Source: Verrucomicrobiota bacterium
GTDB lineage: Bacteria; Verrucomicrobiota; Verrucomicrobiia; Opitutales; Seribacteraceae
NCBI GenBank assembly: GCA_027622665.1
Contig: JAQBYT010000003.1
Span: forward strand, 32,001-96,000
Direction: 5' to 3'
Length of the DNA stretch: 64,000 nucleotides
Shown here piece by piece: positions 1 through 11,399 of this stretch. How positions within the stretch are numbered: the stretch's first letter is position 1; the number at the start of each line of letters is the position of its first letter. The position numbers and the translations under genes are program-made. The notes under the pieces are model-generated. The model was not told where the DNA came from and searched no databases. It saw only the letters and a program-made list of their open reading frames with translations.

Positions 1-2
1 CT

Positions 3-1502
3 GCCAAACGTCCGAACATTCTCTTCGCCATTGCCGACGACTGGGGATTCGGGCATGCGGGCGCCTATGGTTGCAACTGGGTCAGGACTCCTTCCTTTGA
101 TCGCGTAGCCCGCGACGGCATCCTCTTCAAACGGGCCTACACACCGAACGCCAAATGTGCTCCTTCCCGCGCGGTCATTCTTACTGGGCGCTATTCTTGG
201 CAACTGGAGCAAGCCGCCAATCACATGAACGTATTCCCCGCCAAATTCGGAGGATTCATGGAAACCCTTGAGGCAAACGATTACTTCACAGGCTATACGG
301 GCAAAGGATGGGGTCCCGGCATAGCCAACAATGCGGCAGGCAAACGCCGATTGATAACGGGACGATCTTTCGCCAAAAGAAAAGCAAAGCCGCCCGCCCG
401 CGGCATTTCCAACAACGACTACTCCGCCAATTTCTCCGACTTTCTCGCCGAGGCACCTGAAGACAAGCCATGGTGCTTCTGGTACGGCACCACCGAACCC
501 CATCGAGGTTACGAATACGGCAATGGCGTAAAGAGTGGCAAGAAGCTCAGCGACGTGGACCGAGTCCCCGCCTTCTGGCCCGACAACGAAACGATCCGCA
601 ACGACATGCTCGACTACTCCATGGAGGTCGAACATTACGACATGCACCTTGGGCGCATACTGGCCGCCCTCAAGGAAAGCGGGCAACTCGACGACACCCT
701 CGTCTTCGCGACCTCCGACCACGGCATGCCCTTCCCTCGATGCAAGGGTCAGGCTTACGACTCATCCAACCACATCCCCATGGCCGCCATGTGGTCACAA
801 GGAATTAACGGCAAGGGCAGAATCGTGGAGGATTACGTAAGCTTCGCAGACCTAGCCCCGACCTTTCTGACAGTCGCCGGGATCAAGAATCCCCCCCCCA
901 TCATGCAACCCATGACCGGGCGCAGCCTGACCGACGTCTTCGACTCACCCAAATCGGGACAAGTCATTGCCGACCGCGATCACGTTCTGATTGGGAAGGA
1001 ACGTCACGACGTCGGACGCCCCGCTAACGGTGGCTACCCCATTCGAGGCATCGTAAAGGGAGACAAACTCTACATCCGCAATTACGAGACAGGCCGTTGG
1101 CCAGCCGGCAACCCCGAGACGGGTTACTTAAATTGCGACGGAAGCCCGACTAAGACCGTCCTGCTCGACCAACGACGAGAAGGTAATCCCAAGTTCTGGC
1201 AAATGAACTTCGGCAAACGCCCGACCGATGAGCTATACGACCTGAAAGCGGATCCCGATTGCGTCAAAAACTTGGCTGAGGACCAAGCCCACCTCGAACT
1301 GCGGTACAAGCTATCCAACCAAATGGAGAAGGAGCTCACGGAGCAGGGCGACCCGCGCCAATCGGGCAACGGCAAAATCTTCGACACTTACCCTTTCGTC
1401 GGCAACTGGAACAATTTCTTCGAAAAATTCACTTCCGGGAAGAAAACGCCCGGCACCGGATGGGTGAAAGCCTCGGACTACGAACAAGCTCCATTAGATT
1501 AA
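3..1502 (+). CDS. Sulfatase (Cys-type, S1 family), 5' end lies outside the window
   Basis: Frame is open from base 3: [15 protein letters not shown] ... [14 protein letters not shown] (CxPxR formylglycine motif), TSDHG and ELYDLKADP motifs; in frame with ORF 225..1502. Confidence 0.92.
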   Translation, partial: AKRPNILFAIADDWGFGHAGAYGCNWVRTPSFDRVARDGILFKRAYTPNAKCAPSRAVILTGRYSWQLEQAANHMNVFPAKFGGFMETLEANDYFTGYTGKGWGPGIANNAAGKRRLITGRSFAKRKAKPPARGISNNDYSANFSDFLAEAPEDKPWCFWYGTTEPHRGYEYGNGVKSGKKLSDVDRVPAFWPDNETIRNDMLDYSMEVEHYDMHLGRILAALKESGQLDDTLVFATSDHGMPFPRCKGQAYDSSNHIPMAAMWSQGINGKGRIVEDYVSFADLAPTFLTVAGIKNPPPIMQPMTGRSLTDVFDSPKSGQVIADRDHVLIGKERHDVGRPANGGYPIRGIVKGDKLYIRNYETGRWPAGNPETGYLNCDGSPTKTVLLDQRREGNPKFWQMNFGKRPTDELYDLKADPDCVKNLAEDQAHLELRYKLSNQMEKELTEQGDPRQSGNGKIFDTYPFVGNWNNFFEKFTSGKKTPGTGWVKASDYEQAPLD

Positions 1503-1590
1503 AGTCGTCCGGCAATAGATTTCCGTTTGCCATTCATCGAACGATAAGACGTTAAGAAACATTTGCCCGAAATCTCCGAAGAGAAAACAT

Positions 1591-3729
1591 ATGACTCGTA
1601 AACTAAGTATCGTGCTGGCGTTTGCCGCATCCTTTTTCCAAGCATCGGCACAAGTCGACAAAAACGCGACCGCTCCTCGCACCCTGCCCGAATTGGCGGT
1701 CGAGGCGAAACCGATCAAGGAATTGAACTGGGGAGGTTCCGCTCCTATCGATGGCTCTCAAGTTGAGAATCGAGGCATCGGATCCATCAGCGACTTGTCC
1801 GGAATCGCTCCCAACTTCTACGTCAACGCCAACGGCATGCAGTCCTATGGTGACGTCATCACCATGCGAGGGATCGGCAACACACAGCTATTCGGCGATC
1901 CCGCAGTAATTCTCTACATTGACGGAGTCCCCGCAGGCAGCACTGCTACGTATTCTTCCGCCTTGTTCGACCTCGAAAGCGTGGAAGTGCTCCCCGGTTT
2001 CCAAGGACATCGCTTTGGCAAGAACGCTCCCGGTGGCGTCATCAACGTAAAGACGAGACGCCCCGGAGATACCCACCGATCCAAACTGTTCGCATCCTAC
2101 GGTAGCTTCAACACACAGAACTATCGAATCCTCGCCGACGGTCCAATGAGCAATTCGTCTTCGTACTACTTCGGGCTCAATCGCTCCAGCAGCGATGGCT
2201 TTGCAGATAACCTGAACGCCGCAGGCAACGACGCAACATCGGAAAGCCTGAACGGCAGGCTCGGATTCAACTGGAAAACCGAAGGTGGCCTTGAAATAGG
2301 CATAGGCGGCACATGGGAAGAATTCGAACTTGGTGCCCAACCGATCGTTCCAAGGGCAAATGGGGGCAATCCTAGTTTTACCAGTTTCTACAACCGCAAC
2401 TCAGCCTTAAAAGAAACCAGTAAGATAGAGCTAAACAGCCAATACCTAAGTTTGGCCAAGGATACGGATTTCGGAAGAATCAAATCAACAACTGGCAGAA
2501 ACGCTTGGGAAATTAATCCAACTTTACTTAACCTAAGTTATGTAGACAGCTCCCTTGCGGGGCTCTTTGCTTTGAGACCCGACTTGACTTCCACTTCAAC
2601 AATTATCGAAGAAAGAACCAATTGGTCGGAGGAACTCAGTCTGACATCAGATTCAGACGAAGACACGGTCTGGGAAATAGGGCTGTTTTTAAATTCACAA
2701 GATGTCGACGTCCGAGCCAAAAGGATGATCCCTATGCCAAGTGATGGAAATCAAACAAATATCGCGGGTTATCAACTATACTCATCGGAGACGACCTATA
2801 GCAGCAAAGCCAACGATTACAGCATTCGAGGGAAAATGATTCAAAAAATTCTGGTAAATTCCCAGTTGGAAGGCGGATTGAGGATGGATTTTTCAAAGCA
2901 AAAGCTCAACCGAACAAAATCTAATTCCTACCCATTTCTCCCCCTAGTACCGACCTCTAATCTTCAGGAAAACTTTGAATGGGCATCAGGTTTTCTTGGA
3001 TTTACTCACCCGATGAGCGATACAATTGCCTTTACCATTAATTCATCTTTCTCCGCAAAACCTGGTGGTTTTTCTGCTTACCTAGATCCGGGTTCAGCAC
3101 TAAGCGAGAAATTCTCAAAAGAAAAAAGCTGGCAAAACGAAATCGGATTGAGTCTCAGCCCGTCCGAAACATTTGGAATCAATGTCACTGGATATTGGAA
3201 CGAAATCGACGATTATCAGTTTGAATTACCTGTCCCTTTGTCTACGGATTATTATGTAGCCAATGCAGACGAAGTTTTAACGAAAGGAATAGAAATTGAG
3301 GCTTATTTCAAGCCACTGGAAGAATTAACCTTCTCGGCAGCTTACGGTCTTACTGAGAGCGAATACGAAAAGTTTTCCGCCTTGCCCGCATTAGTAGGAA
3401 AACAAGTTTCGTTTGTCCCGGACCACACGCTTTCCCTGTCCTTTTCCTATGAACACGACAGCGGCATTTCAGGACATTTGGGCACAAGGACGATTGGACA
3501 AACCCACTATTGGAATAACACAGGGACGAATAATACGGACATTCAGGACACTTACACGCTCCTTGACGCTTCCATTGGTTTCGAAAGAAACGGATGGGGT
3601 GTGAACGTATTCGGCACAAACCTTACGGACGAAGAATATTATTCCTCTCTGGTCAGCAGTCTTACGGGTTCTCCCGGCATCGTGGGTTCGCCCCGGGTAA
3701 TCGGTTTAAGCCTCTCCAAGGAATTCTAA
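1591..3729 (+). CDS. TonB-dependent outer-membrane receptor
   Basis: Signal peptide, plug motifs (MRGIG, YIDGVP, GGVINV), GIEIE barrel strand, NLTDEEY, C-terminal Phe. Confidence 0.92.
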   Translation: MTRKLSIVLAFAASFFQASAQVDKNATAPRTLPELAVEAKPIKELNWGGSAPIDGSQVENRGIGSISDLSGIAPNFYVNANGMQSYGDVITMRGIGNTQLFGDPAVILYIDGVPAGSTATYSSALFDLESVEVLPGFQGHRFGKNAPGGVINVKTRRPGDTHRSKLFASYGSFNTQNYRILADGPMSNSSSYYFGLNRSSSDGFADNLNAAGNDATSESLNGRLGFNWKTEGGLEIGIGGTWEEFELGAQPIVPRANGGNPSFTSFYNRNSALKETSKIELNSQYLSLAKDTDFGRIKSTTGRNAWEINPTLLNLSYVDSSLAGLFALRPDLTSTSTIIEERTNWSEELSLTSDSDEDTVWEIGLFLNSQDVDVRAKRMIPMPSDGNQTNIAGYQLYSSETTYSSKANDYSIRGKMIQKILVNSQLEGGLRMDFSKQKLNRTKSNSYPFLPLVPTSNLQENFEWASGFLGFTHPMSDTIAFTINSSFSAKPGGFSAYLDPGSALSEKFSKEKSWQNEIGLSLSPSETFGINVTGYWNEIDDYQFELPVPLSTDYYVANADEVLTKGIEIEAYFKPLEELTFSAAYGLTESEYEKFSALPALVGKQVSFVPDHTLSLSFSYEHDSGISGHLGTRTIGQTHYWNNTGTNNTDIQDTYTLLDASIGFERNGWGVNVFGTNLTDEEYYSSLVSSLTGSPGIVGSPRVIGLSLSKEF

Positions 3730-5000
3730 TTCTCGTTTCTTCCTTCTTGTCGTTTCAGGAAGGGATAGGTGCCGAAGATACTGGCTCCGGCAAGGAGCAG
3801 GTAGAAGATAGCTATCGCGACGAACCCGTCGCGCAGGGAATCTTCGTGCAGGAGGCGACCGCGGGGTAATTCCGCATAGACGCCCAACCCCCAAACGAGG
3901 ATCGGGGCTAGGAGATACTGTACAACGTTTACCAAGCTGCCGAGACGACCCACAACTTCAGCCTCGCATTCTCGCTGCAAGGTCGTGTTGGCGAGTATTC
4001 CGACTAGTTGGCCAAACAGGGCAAACCCTGCAAAGCACAACATCGCGAAGGCAAGCGACTGACTGAAGCTAACTAATAGGCAGCTCGTCGCCACTAGGAA
4101 CAAGGCGATTGTCGGCAAGGTCGGCCGCGTTCCAAACCGTTGCAGAAAAAGGGGCAACCCCAAACCGCAAACCATGGCGCCGAGTCCGTAGGACATGTCC
4201 AATAAGCCGAATCCTTCGGCGCCCGCCTGCAAGGAATCCGTGCTGAATCCCACTAGAAGAACGTTCGACATATGAGCGGCATAGCCGGGTGCCAACCCGA
4301 AGAGAGCGAAAAAGAACAGGGGCTTATTCGCTCGGGCGTAGCCCAAACCCTCCGCGAACTCATCAAAAAAACTCCGCAGCCCGATACGACCTTTAGGTTT
4401 GAGTGGGCGATCGGGAAACCATCGACGAATAAAAACCCAGCCTAATGCGGCTCCCGCAAACCCCGCCGCCGCCATGGAAAAGGAACCTATGGCGCCAAGG
4501 CGCCCGTACAACATTCCCGCCAACCCGGCCCCCATAAGGTATCCTCCTTGCATGAGAGCCGTGTTGAGACTGTTGGCATGTAGCAATTCGGCCTTCGACA
4601 AGTGCTCTCTCAAAAATGCGGGCAAAGTTGTCCAAAACAGGGTGCTCCCCGAGCTCATCAGTACCGCGTAAACATATAAGTGAGAAGGGCGAAAAGCTCC
4701 CCAAACAATCATCGCGATAAGCAGGCAATCCAAAACCAAGACATAGCAAGTCGAGAGCAACAATACCTTTCGACGGTTGCAACGATCCGCCAGCACCCCG
4801 CAAAAGGGAAGCAATAGCAAGGGCGGCATCAAGTAACTGAGAACGAGCCAAGCAGTGGATGCGGGCGACTTGGTATCATCGTACAGAACCCAGTGACTGG
4901 CTACGAAATGAAAACCGCCTCCGATCGAAGTCGCTACATGGAACAGCATGAAGAAGCGATAACCCGGACGCCGCAAAGGATTATTCGGCGACAACTTCAT
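3726..5000 (-). CDS. MFS transporter
   Basis: About 12 hydrophobic segments and GVLADRCNRRKVL (MFS motif A). Start uncertain (5000 or 5030). Convergent with the TonB receptor, 4-bp overlap. Confidence 0.88.
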   Translation of the reverse strand: MKLSPNNPLRRPGYRFFMLFHVATSIGGGFHFVASHWVLYDDTKSPASTAWLVLSYLMPPLLLLPFCGVLADRCNRRKVLLLSTCYVLVLDCLLIAMIVWGAFRPSHLYVYAVLMSSGSTLFWTTLPAFLREHLSKAELLHANSLNTALMQGGYLMGAGLAGMLYGRLGAIGSFSMAAAGFAGAALGWVFIRRWFPDRPLKPKGRIGLRSFFDEFAEGLGYARANKPLFFFALFGLAPGYAAHMSNVLLVGFSTDSLQAGAEGFGLLDMSYGLGAMVCGLGLPLFLQRFGTRPTLPTIALFLVATSCLLVSFSQSLAFAMLCFAGFALFGQLVGILANTTLQRECEAEVVGRLGSLVNVVQYLLAPILVWGLGVYAELPRGRLLHEDSLRDGFVAIAIFYLLLAGASIFGTYPFLKRQEGRNEN

Positions 5001-5074
5001 TCCCAACATCCAAACATTGCTCGCAAGCATCGCTTTCGCTGGTCAACCTGCAAGCTTTCCTTCAAAAAGATCAT

Positions 5075-6574
5075 ATGAATCTCCCGCGTTGGTCCATCGG
5101 TCTTGGTGCCTTGCTGATACTCGCAACAACCATGTCCGCCAAGGATCGACCTCCCAATTTCGTCGTACTGTTCATCGACGACATGGGTTACGGCGACGCG
5201 GGTTGCTTTGGATCGAAGGACATTCGCACCCCGCGAATCGACCGTATGGCAAGGGAGGGTATGAGGTTCACCAGTTTCTACGCCCAGCCAATTTGCGGGC
5301 CTTCTCGGGCCGCCCTCATGACGGGTTGCCAACCCATGCGGGTGGCGGAGCGAGGCAACGTCAAGAACGTCCATCCCGTGCTCCACGGCAAGGAGATCAC
5401 CATAGCGGAAGTGTTGAAGACTAAAGGATATGCCACGGCCTGTTTCGGAAAGTGGGATTTGGCCAAGCACGCCCAGTCCGGTTTCTACATGGACTTGTTT
5501 CCCACTCGCCAAGGATTCGATTACTTCTTCGGCACACCCACCAGCAATGACTCCGTGGTCAATCTCTACCGCAACGAGAAACTGATTGAACCAAAGACCG
5601 ACATGGCGTCGTTGACCAAGCGTTACACAGACGAGGCCATCGCCTTCATGAAGAAGAGCAAGGACCAACCGTTCTTCGTCTATGTTCCACACACCATGCC
5701 CCACACTCGTTTGGCGGTCACCGAACCATTCAAGGGTAAAAGCAAGCGGGGCCTGTACGGCGACGTCATCGAGGAGATCGATTTCAACGTCGGTCGCGTC
5801 CTCGATGCCATCGAGGAGTCGGAAATAGCCAAGAACACTTACGTACTCTTCACCAGCGACAACGGCCCTTGGCTGATCAAAAACAAGAATCATCAAGATG
5901 GACGACTACCGGGGGATCACGGTGGTTCGGCCGATCCTTTGCGGAGCGGAAAAGTATCCACCTTCGAGGGCGGGGTACGTGTGCCGACCGTCCTGTGGGG
6001 ACCAGGTCGCGTTCCCGCCGGAACCACCTGCGACAAGATCGCTAGCACACTCGACCTACTGCCTACCTTGTCCGCCTTGGCAGGTGCAGAACCCCCAAAG
6101 GATCGTGTCATCGACGGGGAGGACGTCACTCACCTCTTCCACGGCAAATTCGACCAAGCGAATCCGGACAAAGCGTTTTACTATTACTTGCGCGTGCATC
6201 TCCAGGCCGTGAGGCAAGGGAAATGGAAACTGCATTTGCCTAGGGAAGTGAAACAACCCGGCACCGAACCCTTTCTCGTCAACCGACACATCGCTCCGGC
6301 AGATCGCGTGGGCTTCGATAAACCTTTCTTGGTCGACTTGGAAAAAGACATCGGGGAGACCACAAACTTGGCTGAATATCACCCCGCAGTGGTTCAGCGC
6401 TTGCTCGACTTGGCCGAGGGCATGCGCAAGGACCTGGGAGACTTCGATCAAGTCGGGACGAACATGCGCTTCTTCGATCCGATTGAACCGCATCCGACCA
6501 AGCCTCCTCTCCCTCCGTCCAGAAAACCGAAACCGAAGAAACCCACGAAGCCTCGACCCAAGATCAATAAATGA
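5075..6574 (+). CDS. Arylsulfatase-like sulfatase
   Basis: Signal peptide, [43 protein letters not shown]. Confidence 0.93.
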   Translation: MNLPRWSIGLGALLILATTMSAKDRPPNFVVLFIDDMGYGDAGCFGSKDIRTPRIDRMAREGMRFTSFYAQPICGPSRAALMTGCQPMRVAERGNVKNVHPVLHGKEITIAEVLKTKGYATACFGKWDLAKHAQSGFYMDLFPTRQGFDYFFGTPTSNDSVVNLYRNEKLIEPKTDMASLTKRYTDEAIAFMKKSKDQPFFVYVPHTMPHTRLAVTEPFKGKSKRGLYGDVIEEIDFNVGRVLDAIEESEIAKNTYVLFTSDNGPWLIKNKNHQDGRLPGDHGGSADPLRSGKVSTFEGGVRVPTVLWGPGRVPAGTTCDKIASTLDLLPTLSALAGAEPPKDRVIDGEDVTHLFHGKFDQANPDKAFYYYLRVHLQAVRQGKWKLHLPREVKQPGTEPFLVNRHIAPADRVGFDKPFLVDLEKDIGETTNLAEYHPAVVQRLLDLAEGMRKDLGDFDQVGTNMRFFDPIEPHPTKPPLPPSRKPKPKKPTKPRPKINK

Positions 6575-6600
6575 ATTCTTTCACCATCAAGCCAACACTC

Positions 6601-8073
6601 ATGAAATTTCAAACCAGAGCTACTCTCCTCCTCTGCGCTGCCCTAGCCACTTGCTCCATTGGCACAATGGCTAAGAAGAAGCCGATGAACTTTGTATTCT
6701 TCCTCGTCGACGACATGGGTTGGGCGGATATCGGGGCCAATGGGAGCACTTTTCACGAGACACCCAACATCGACAAGTTGGCCGGCTCGGGAATGAGATT
6801 CACCAATGGTTACGCAGCCTGTCCGGTCTGCTCGCCCACCCGGGCAAGCATAATGACCGGGCGCCATCCCGTTCGGGTCGACATCACCGACTGGATACCG
6901 GGACAGTCCAACAACAATCGAAACAAGTTACTTCATCCGGAGGACCGCAACAATCTGGCCCATGAGGAAGTAACCATTGCCGAGGAACTGAAGAGCCACG
7001 GCTACCAAACCTTCTTCGCAGGAAAATGGCACCTCGGCAACGAGGGACATTGGCCCAACAATCAAGGGTTCGACGTCAACATTGGCGGACACCACAAGGG
7101 CTCGCCTCCCGGCGGTTATTACGCTCCTTGGACCAATCCGGCTCTAAAGTCCAAGAAGCCCGGTGAATACCTGACCGAGCGCCTGACCGAGGAGTCGGTT
7201 AAGTTCATGGAAGATCGGGACAAGGAAAAGCCCTTCCTCCTCTATCTCTCCTATTACAACATCCATACCCCCATTGAGGCTTACAAGAAACGGATCGCCC
7301 ATTATTCGGAAAAGGCGAAAAAGACATTCGAAGGCAACAGCCCCACCCGACCCGAGCACGAAGGAGCTACCCGCATGCGCCAAGACAACGCTGCTCTCGC
7401 ATCGATGGTCGCGGCGGTAGACGACAGCGTAGGAGCATTGCTGGGCAAACTCGACGAATTGAAGATCGCCAACGACACCGTGGTGATTTTCTTCAGTGAC
7501 AACGGAGGCTTAAGCACGCTTCGAGGCCCCGGCCCAGGATGCAACCTACCCTTGCGGGCGGGGAAAGGCTGGCTATATGAGGGTGGCGTGCGAGAACCAA
7601 CCATCGTGCGAGCACCGGGGGTAACCAAACCCGGAAGCGTCTCCGACGAACCCGTTGTAAGCATGGACTTTTTTCCCACCATGCTGGAGTTGGCGGATTT
7701 GCCTCAACGTCCCAAACTGCATGCGGATGGTCGAAGCATCGTGCCCGAACTAAAGGGTGGCGCGGGTGAATCACGCCCCCTGTTTTGGCACTACCCGCAT
7801 TATCATGGTTCCACTTGGAAACCCGGATCTTCCATTCGTGACGGCGACTGGAAGCTGATCGCTTTCTACCATTACGACACGGTCGAACTGTACAATTTGG
7901 CCAAGGATCCTTCTGAGAAAAAAGATCTCTCCAAAGCCAATCCGAGCAAGGCCAAGGAATTGCAGGACAAGTTGCTCGCTTGGCAAAAAAGAATGAAAGC
8001 AAAGATGCCCGTGCCCAATCCGAATTACGATCCGCAGTCAGCAGGCAAAAAGCGTAAGCCAAATAAGAAATAA
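6601..8073 (+). CDS. Sulfatase
   Basis: [43 protein letters not shown]. Alternative start at 6571. Confidence 0.93.
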   Translation: MKFQTRATLLLCAALATCSIGTMAKKKPMNFVFFLVDDMGWADIGANGSTFHETPNIDKLAGSGMRFTNGYAACPVCSPTRASIMTGRHPVRVDITDWIPGQSNNNRNKLLHPEDRNNLAHEEVTIAEELKSHGYQTFFAGKWHLGNEGHWPNNQGFDVNIGGHHKGSPPGGYYAPWTNPALKSKKPGEYLTERLTEESVKFMEDRDKEKPFLLYLSYYNIHTPIEAYKKRIAHYSEKAKKTFEGNSPTRPEHEGATRMRQDNAALASMVAAVDDSVGALLGKLDELKIANDTVVIFFSDNGGLSTLRGPGPGCNLPLRAGKGWLYEGGVREPTIVRAPGVTKPGSVSDEPVVSMDFFPTMLELADLPQRPKLHADGRSIVPELKGGAGESRPLFWHYPHYHGSTWKPGSSIRDGDWKLIAFYHYDTVELYNLAKDPSEKKDLSKANPSKAKELQDKLLAWQKRMKAKMPVPNPNYDPQSAGKKRKPNKK

Positions 8074-8074
8074 A

Positions 8075-8103
8075 AAACCTCCGACTCTTGGAACCGGAGG
8101 TTT
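8075..8103. terminator. Bidirectional intrinsic terminator-like hairpin
   Basis: AAACCTCCG-N11-CGGAGGTTT inverted repeat with A/T tracts, between convergent genes. Confidence 0.65.
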
Positions 8104-8124
8104 ATTGGGAGAATTGCCGAAAAA

Positions 8125-8604
8125 TTATTTCTTTTTAGGCGCTTCCACCGTAATCGTAACCTTCTCGGACACGACCGGCGGATTGTGTGGGATGTGGGCG
8201 AAGTCGGCCAAGACCAGTTGCAAGGTATGCTTACCGGGTTTTAGCTCGAGGATCGCTTCAGTTTGGCCTCCGCCAAAGTGCTTCAGGTTGTCGCTCGCGA
8301 CCAAAGGTTGATCCAACGGGGGGAGTTTGTCCATATCGACAAGGAGGTGGTGATGCCCGGTATCCGGGGGTGACTTGCCTTCGGGAGTAATGATTCCGGC
8401 CGGACAGACGCCCATGCCTTTTAGACCAAAGACAACCTTGAACTTGGGTTTCACCGTCTTTCCGTCCTTGGGCAGAATAACATAGGCCTTGGCGCCCTTT
8501 GGTGAAGGAGTGCGTGGCAATTTATTGGCATCCGGCTTGGCCGCGGACAAGAAGGAAACAGCGAGGATGGAGGCGATGCAGACAAACGATTTGAGAATCT
8601 TCAT
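8125..8604 (-). CDS. DUF4399-like secreted protein
   Basis: Signal peptide MKILKSFVCIAS; motifs VVFGLKGM, DTGHHHLLVD, HFGGGQTE, LKPGKHTLQLV characteristic of DUF4399. Confidence 0.8.
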   Translation of the reverse strand: MKILKSFVCIASILAVSFLSAAKPDANKLPRTPSPKGAKAYVILPKDGKTVKPKFKVVFGLKGMGVCPAGIITPEGKSPPDTGHHHLLVDMDKLPPLDQPLVASDNLKHFGGGQTEAILELKPGKHTLQLVLADFAHIPHNPPVVSEKVTITVEAPKKK

Positions 8605-8698
8605 GATTGGGTGGATTGGAGGGTGTTCACGAATAAGGTTCGTTTCATAGTCAGAACAAAGGCATTGCGAGCGACAAGAAAGAAGTGCCGAAATTTCT

Positions 8699-9550
8699 TC
8701 AATACCTGCGAAAAGAGGGCTCAGATCGTTGGAGAGCCGCATAGAGTGACGTACGGGTAGCAGCCATAACTTTGCGGAGTGCGATGGAGTCGGCCGCGAG
8801 AATTTTGATCACCCATCCTCCACGCTGAAGGCGAGTTGCGCCGATTCGGGTTTGCTCGTCGGAAAGGGAGTGCAGATCGTCGCGACCGGGAAGATCAGTG
8901 ACAATCTTTTCGGAGAGACAATAAAAAGCGGCGTACCAAGGAGTGGGAAAAGCCTTGGTCCAAGGTAGTAAACTACCGTCGTCGGGACGAAGCCGAAAGC
9001 TTTCTCGAGCGACCGGATAGCCATTGATGTGGATTCTTAGCTTATTTGAAAATTCACTAAAGGCAAAGGATTCACCATGAGCGACGCGTCCGGGAGCGAT
9101 GGACTCTGTAAAGATAAGCTCGCCTCCGGAAGCAACCTCTATGGCGGTTGACTGGACGAGATGGGAGTCGCGCTGAAGGATCAGAATTTCAGGGGCATAC
9201 TCGAGAAAACCGCCGGACTCTACAACGAGACGTTGCTCGACGATTGCCTTCCCCCCGCGCATGGCGTGAGCTCGGGTGGCTCCCGGGGTGGTGAGGAGGA
9301 GACGGCCACCGGGACCCACGGTGACGTCGCACCGGACTCGGTCGTTTTCGAGAAGACCGGCGGTGGGACAGGCAAGGTTGACGAGCAAAACATCGGCGTC
9401 TTGATCATGGTAGGGCTTGCCGATGTGTATGGGAGGACGAAAGTACTGACGCTCCAGAATCGGGCGACCTTCCGAGTCGGCCGCGCAACGCAGTTCCACC
9501 CCACCCGACAACCCAAGGGCGGAGGGAGGGAGGTCTGCAGGCGGTTTCAC
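8699..9550 (-). CDS. ureD: Urease accessory protein UreD
   Basis: [27 protein letters not shown]; last gene of the ure cluster, 4-bp overlap with ureG. Confidence 0.88.
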   Translation of the reverse strand: MKPPADLPPSALGLSGGVELRCAADSEGRPILERQYFRPPIHIGKPYHDQDADVLLVNLACPTAGLLENDRVRCDVTVGPGGRLLLTTPGATRAHAMRGGKAIVEQRLVVESGGFLEYAPEILILQRDSHLVQSTAIEVASGGELIFTESIAPGRVAHGESFAFSEFSNKLRIHINGYPVARESFRLRPDDGSLLPWTKAFPTPWYAAFYCLSEKIVTDLPGRDDLHSLSDEQTRIGATRLQRGGWVIKILAADSIALRKVMAATRTSLYAALQRSEPSFRRY

Positions 9551-10173
9551 GAAAAGAGAAATTCTCGCCTAAGCCAAGCGACGACTTCGTCGAGTCCCTT
9601 GTAAGTCTTGAGATCGGTGAAGAGATATGGACGCTCCTCCCTCATTTTTTTGGAATCACGATCCATGACGTCTAGGTCGGCTCCCACCAGTGGCGCGAGA
9701 TCGGTCTTGTTGATGACAAGGAGGTCGGAATGCTTGATTGCGGGACCACCCTTGCGGGGAATTTTGTCCCCCTCGGCCACGTCGATGACGTAGATGAAAA
9801 CATCCACGAGCTCAGGGGAGAAGGTCGCGGATAAATTATCACCCCCGCTTTCGAGAAGCACGAGCTGGGTGTCGGGATGGAGCATCAGTAGTTGCTCGAT
9901 GGCCGCAGCGTTCATGCTGGTATCGTCGCGTATCGCAGTATGGGGGCAACCTCCGGTCTCGACGCCCATTATACGATCTGCAGGCAGGGCCTTGTTCCGT
10001 GCAAGAAACTGAGCATCTTCCAAAGTGTAGATATCGTTGGTGATCACAACCATGCAAAAATCATCTCTAAGTCTTTCGCAAAGGCGAAGAGTGAGCATGG
10101 TTTTTCCGGAGCCTACGGGACCACCGATGCCAACGCGAACGGGACGGGAGAAATCGTGATTGTTTTCAGTCAT
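9547..10173 (-). CDS. ureG: Urease accessory GTPase UreG
   Basis: [10 protein letters not shown]-loop, ETGGCPH, ESGGDNL, NKTDL; ATGA overlap with the ureF stop. Confidence 0.96.
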   Translation of the reverse strand: MTENNHDFSRPVRVGIGGPVGSGKTMLTLRLCERLRDDFCMVVITNDIYTLEDAQFLARNKALPADRIMGVETGGCPHTAIRDDTSMNAAAIEQLLMLHPDTQLVLLESGGDNLSATFSPELVDVFIYVIDVAEGDKIPRKGGPAIKHSDLLVINKTDLAPLVGADLDVMDRDSKKMREERPYLFTDLKTYKGLDEVVAWLRREFLFS

Positions 10174-10904
10174 GATATAAAGAGACGAGAAAAGGCAGTT
10201 TCGTGACGAGCGGAAGCAACATCGAGAAGTGGATTGAACCAACCCGCGTCATTCCGCTCCACGAAGCACGAGCGACGAACCAGTTCGCGAACGGTTTCAG
10301 GTTGGAGGCAGGATCGAATAATTCGCTGGCAAGCTACTTCTCCGATACGGAGTAGTTTCACGGACGCGGAACAAAAGGTGGATACCGACTGGTAGACCCA
10401 AGCAATCAGCATCGACTCGAGAGGGGTTCCTTGTGACGATCGGAGAAGAGACCATACGGTAATCTGGTGGCAGGGAGACTTTCGTTCGATGGCCTTCCGT
10501 GCGAAGGCGCGGGCGAATTCGTCGTCAAAGACCTGATCGAGCATGCGGAGCAATTGGCGACCCTGAGACACGCTTGCTTCACGGATTTCGCGGGTAAGTT
10601 TCCATGACCCGATTTCCTCGTCCAGTGCAAAAAGGGCCTCGCAGTCGTGATTGAGAGCAGCTTCATGGCAGAAACGAAGATAGGGCAACTCAAGGCGCTC
10701 GAGGGTGGGTAAGACGTCTTCGTGGAGGAAGCGTTTGAGACTGGTCGCATCAGTGACTTGCCCCATCGCAACAAGTTCCTCCAAACCATAGGAATGAGCA
10801 TAACCACCCGAGGGAAAGAGGGTGTCGGATGTCTGCAGGAGAGAGGCCAACCAGTCGAGCGACGCGTCGACGGCGACCTCCGACTCAGTGGTGGTGATGC
10901 CCAT
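10170..10904 (-). CDS. ureF: Urease accessory protein UreF
   Basis: [21 protein letters not shown] and C-terminal [12 protein letters not shown]. Start placed at the ATG overlapping the ureE tail. Confidence 0.9.
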   Translation of the reverse strand: MGITTTESEVAVDASLDWLASLLQTSDTLFPSGGYAHSYGLEELVAMGQVTDATSLKRFLHEDVLPTLERLELPYLRFCHEAALNHDCEALFALDEEIGSWKLTREIREASVSQGRQLLRMLDQVFDDEFARAFARKAIERKSPCHQITVWSLLRSSQGTPLESMLIAWVYQSVSTFCSASVKLLRIGEVACQRIIRSCLQPETVRELVRRSCFVERNDAGWFNPLLDVASARHETAFSRLFIS

Positions 10905-11397
10905 GCCCGTGATCGTGAGAGTGGGAATGCGTGTGCCCGTGGTCATGATCATGATCATGATCGTGGTGATGATGGTGACCGGCGGCGGCCACGACGGGCT
11001 GGAATACTTCTTCGGCCTCCTCGAAAGGAATGTCGTTGCGCTCGAGCATCTGGCGGATGGCGAGGTCGTTTTCGACGAGAAGATAACCATCGGTGAACTG
11101 AGCGGGAAAGTGAAGATTGCCTACCTGCCAAGCACGATGAGCCGCTTCGCGAGGATCGGGATAAGCGACCTTGAACACTTGCTCGGGCAATTGCTCGATT
11201 AGGTAGCGTTGCTCATTGGCGAAGTAAAATTGGTCGCCATGCTTGAGAGGGGCGGACAGGTCAAAACCAAAGTCGGTTCCATCGGCTGCTTGACCACGCC
11301 AACGGCGCTTGGCCAATACGCGACGTTCGACCTTGAGACTTACCGAAGGGGAATCCGCACAAGCCTCACCGGCGGGAAGTTCTTTGATTATTTGCAT
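10885..11397 (-). CDS. ureE: Urease accessory nickel chaperone UreE
   Basis: AWQVGNLH motif and His-rich C-terminal tail. Confidence 0.92.
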   Translation of the reverse strand: MQIIKELPAGEACADSPSVSLKVERRVLAKRRWRGQAADGTDFGFDLSAPLKHGDQFYFANEQRYLIEQLPEQVFKVAYPDPREAAHRAWQVGNLHFPAQFTDGYLLVENDLAIRQMLERNDIPFEEAEEVFQPVVAAAGHHHHHDHDHDHDHGHTHSHSHDHGHGHHHH

Positions 11398-11399
11398 AA

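Noticed and set aside
1503..1590. Riboswitch or Fur box upstream of the TonB receptor
   Set aside because: Only 88 bp and no convincing motif.
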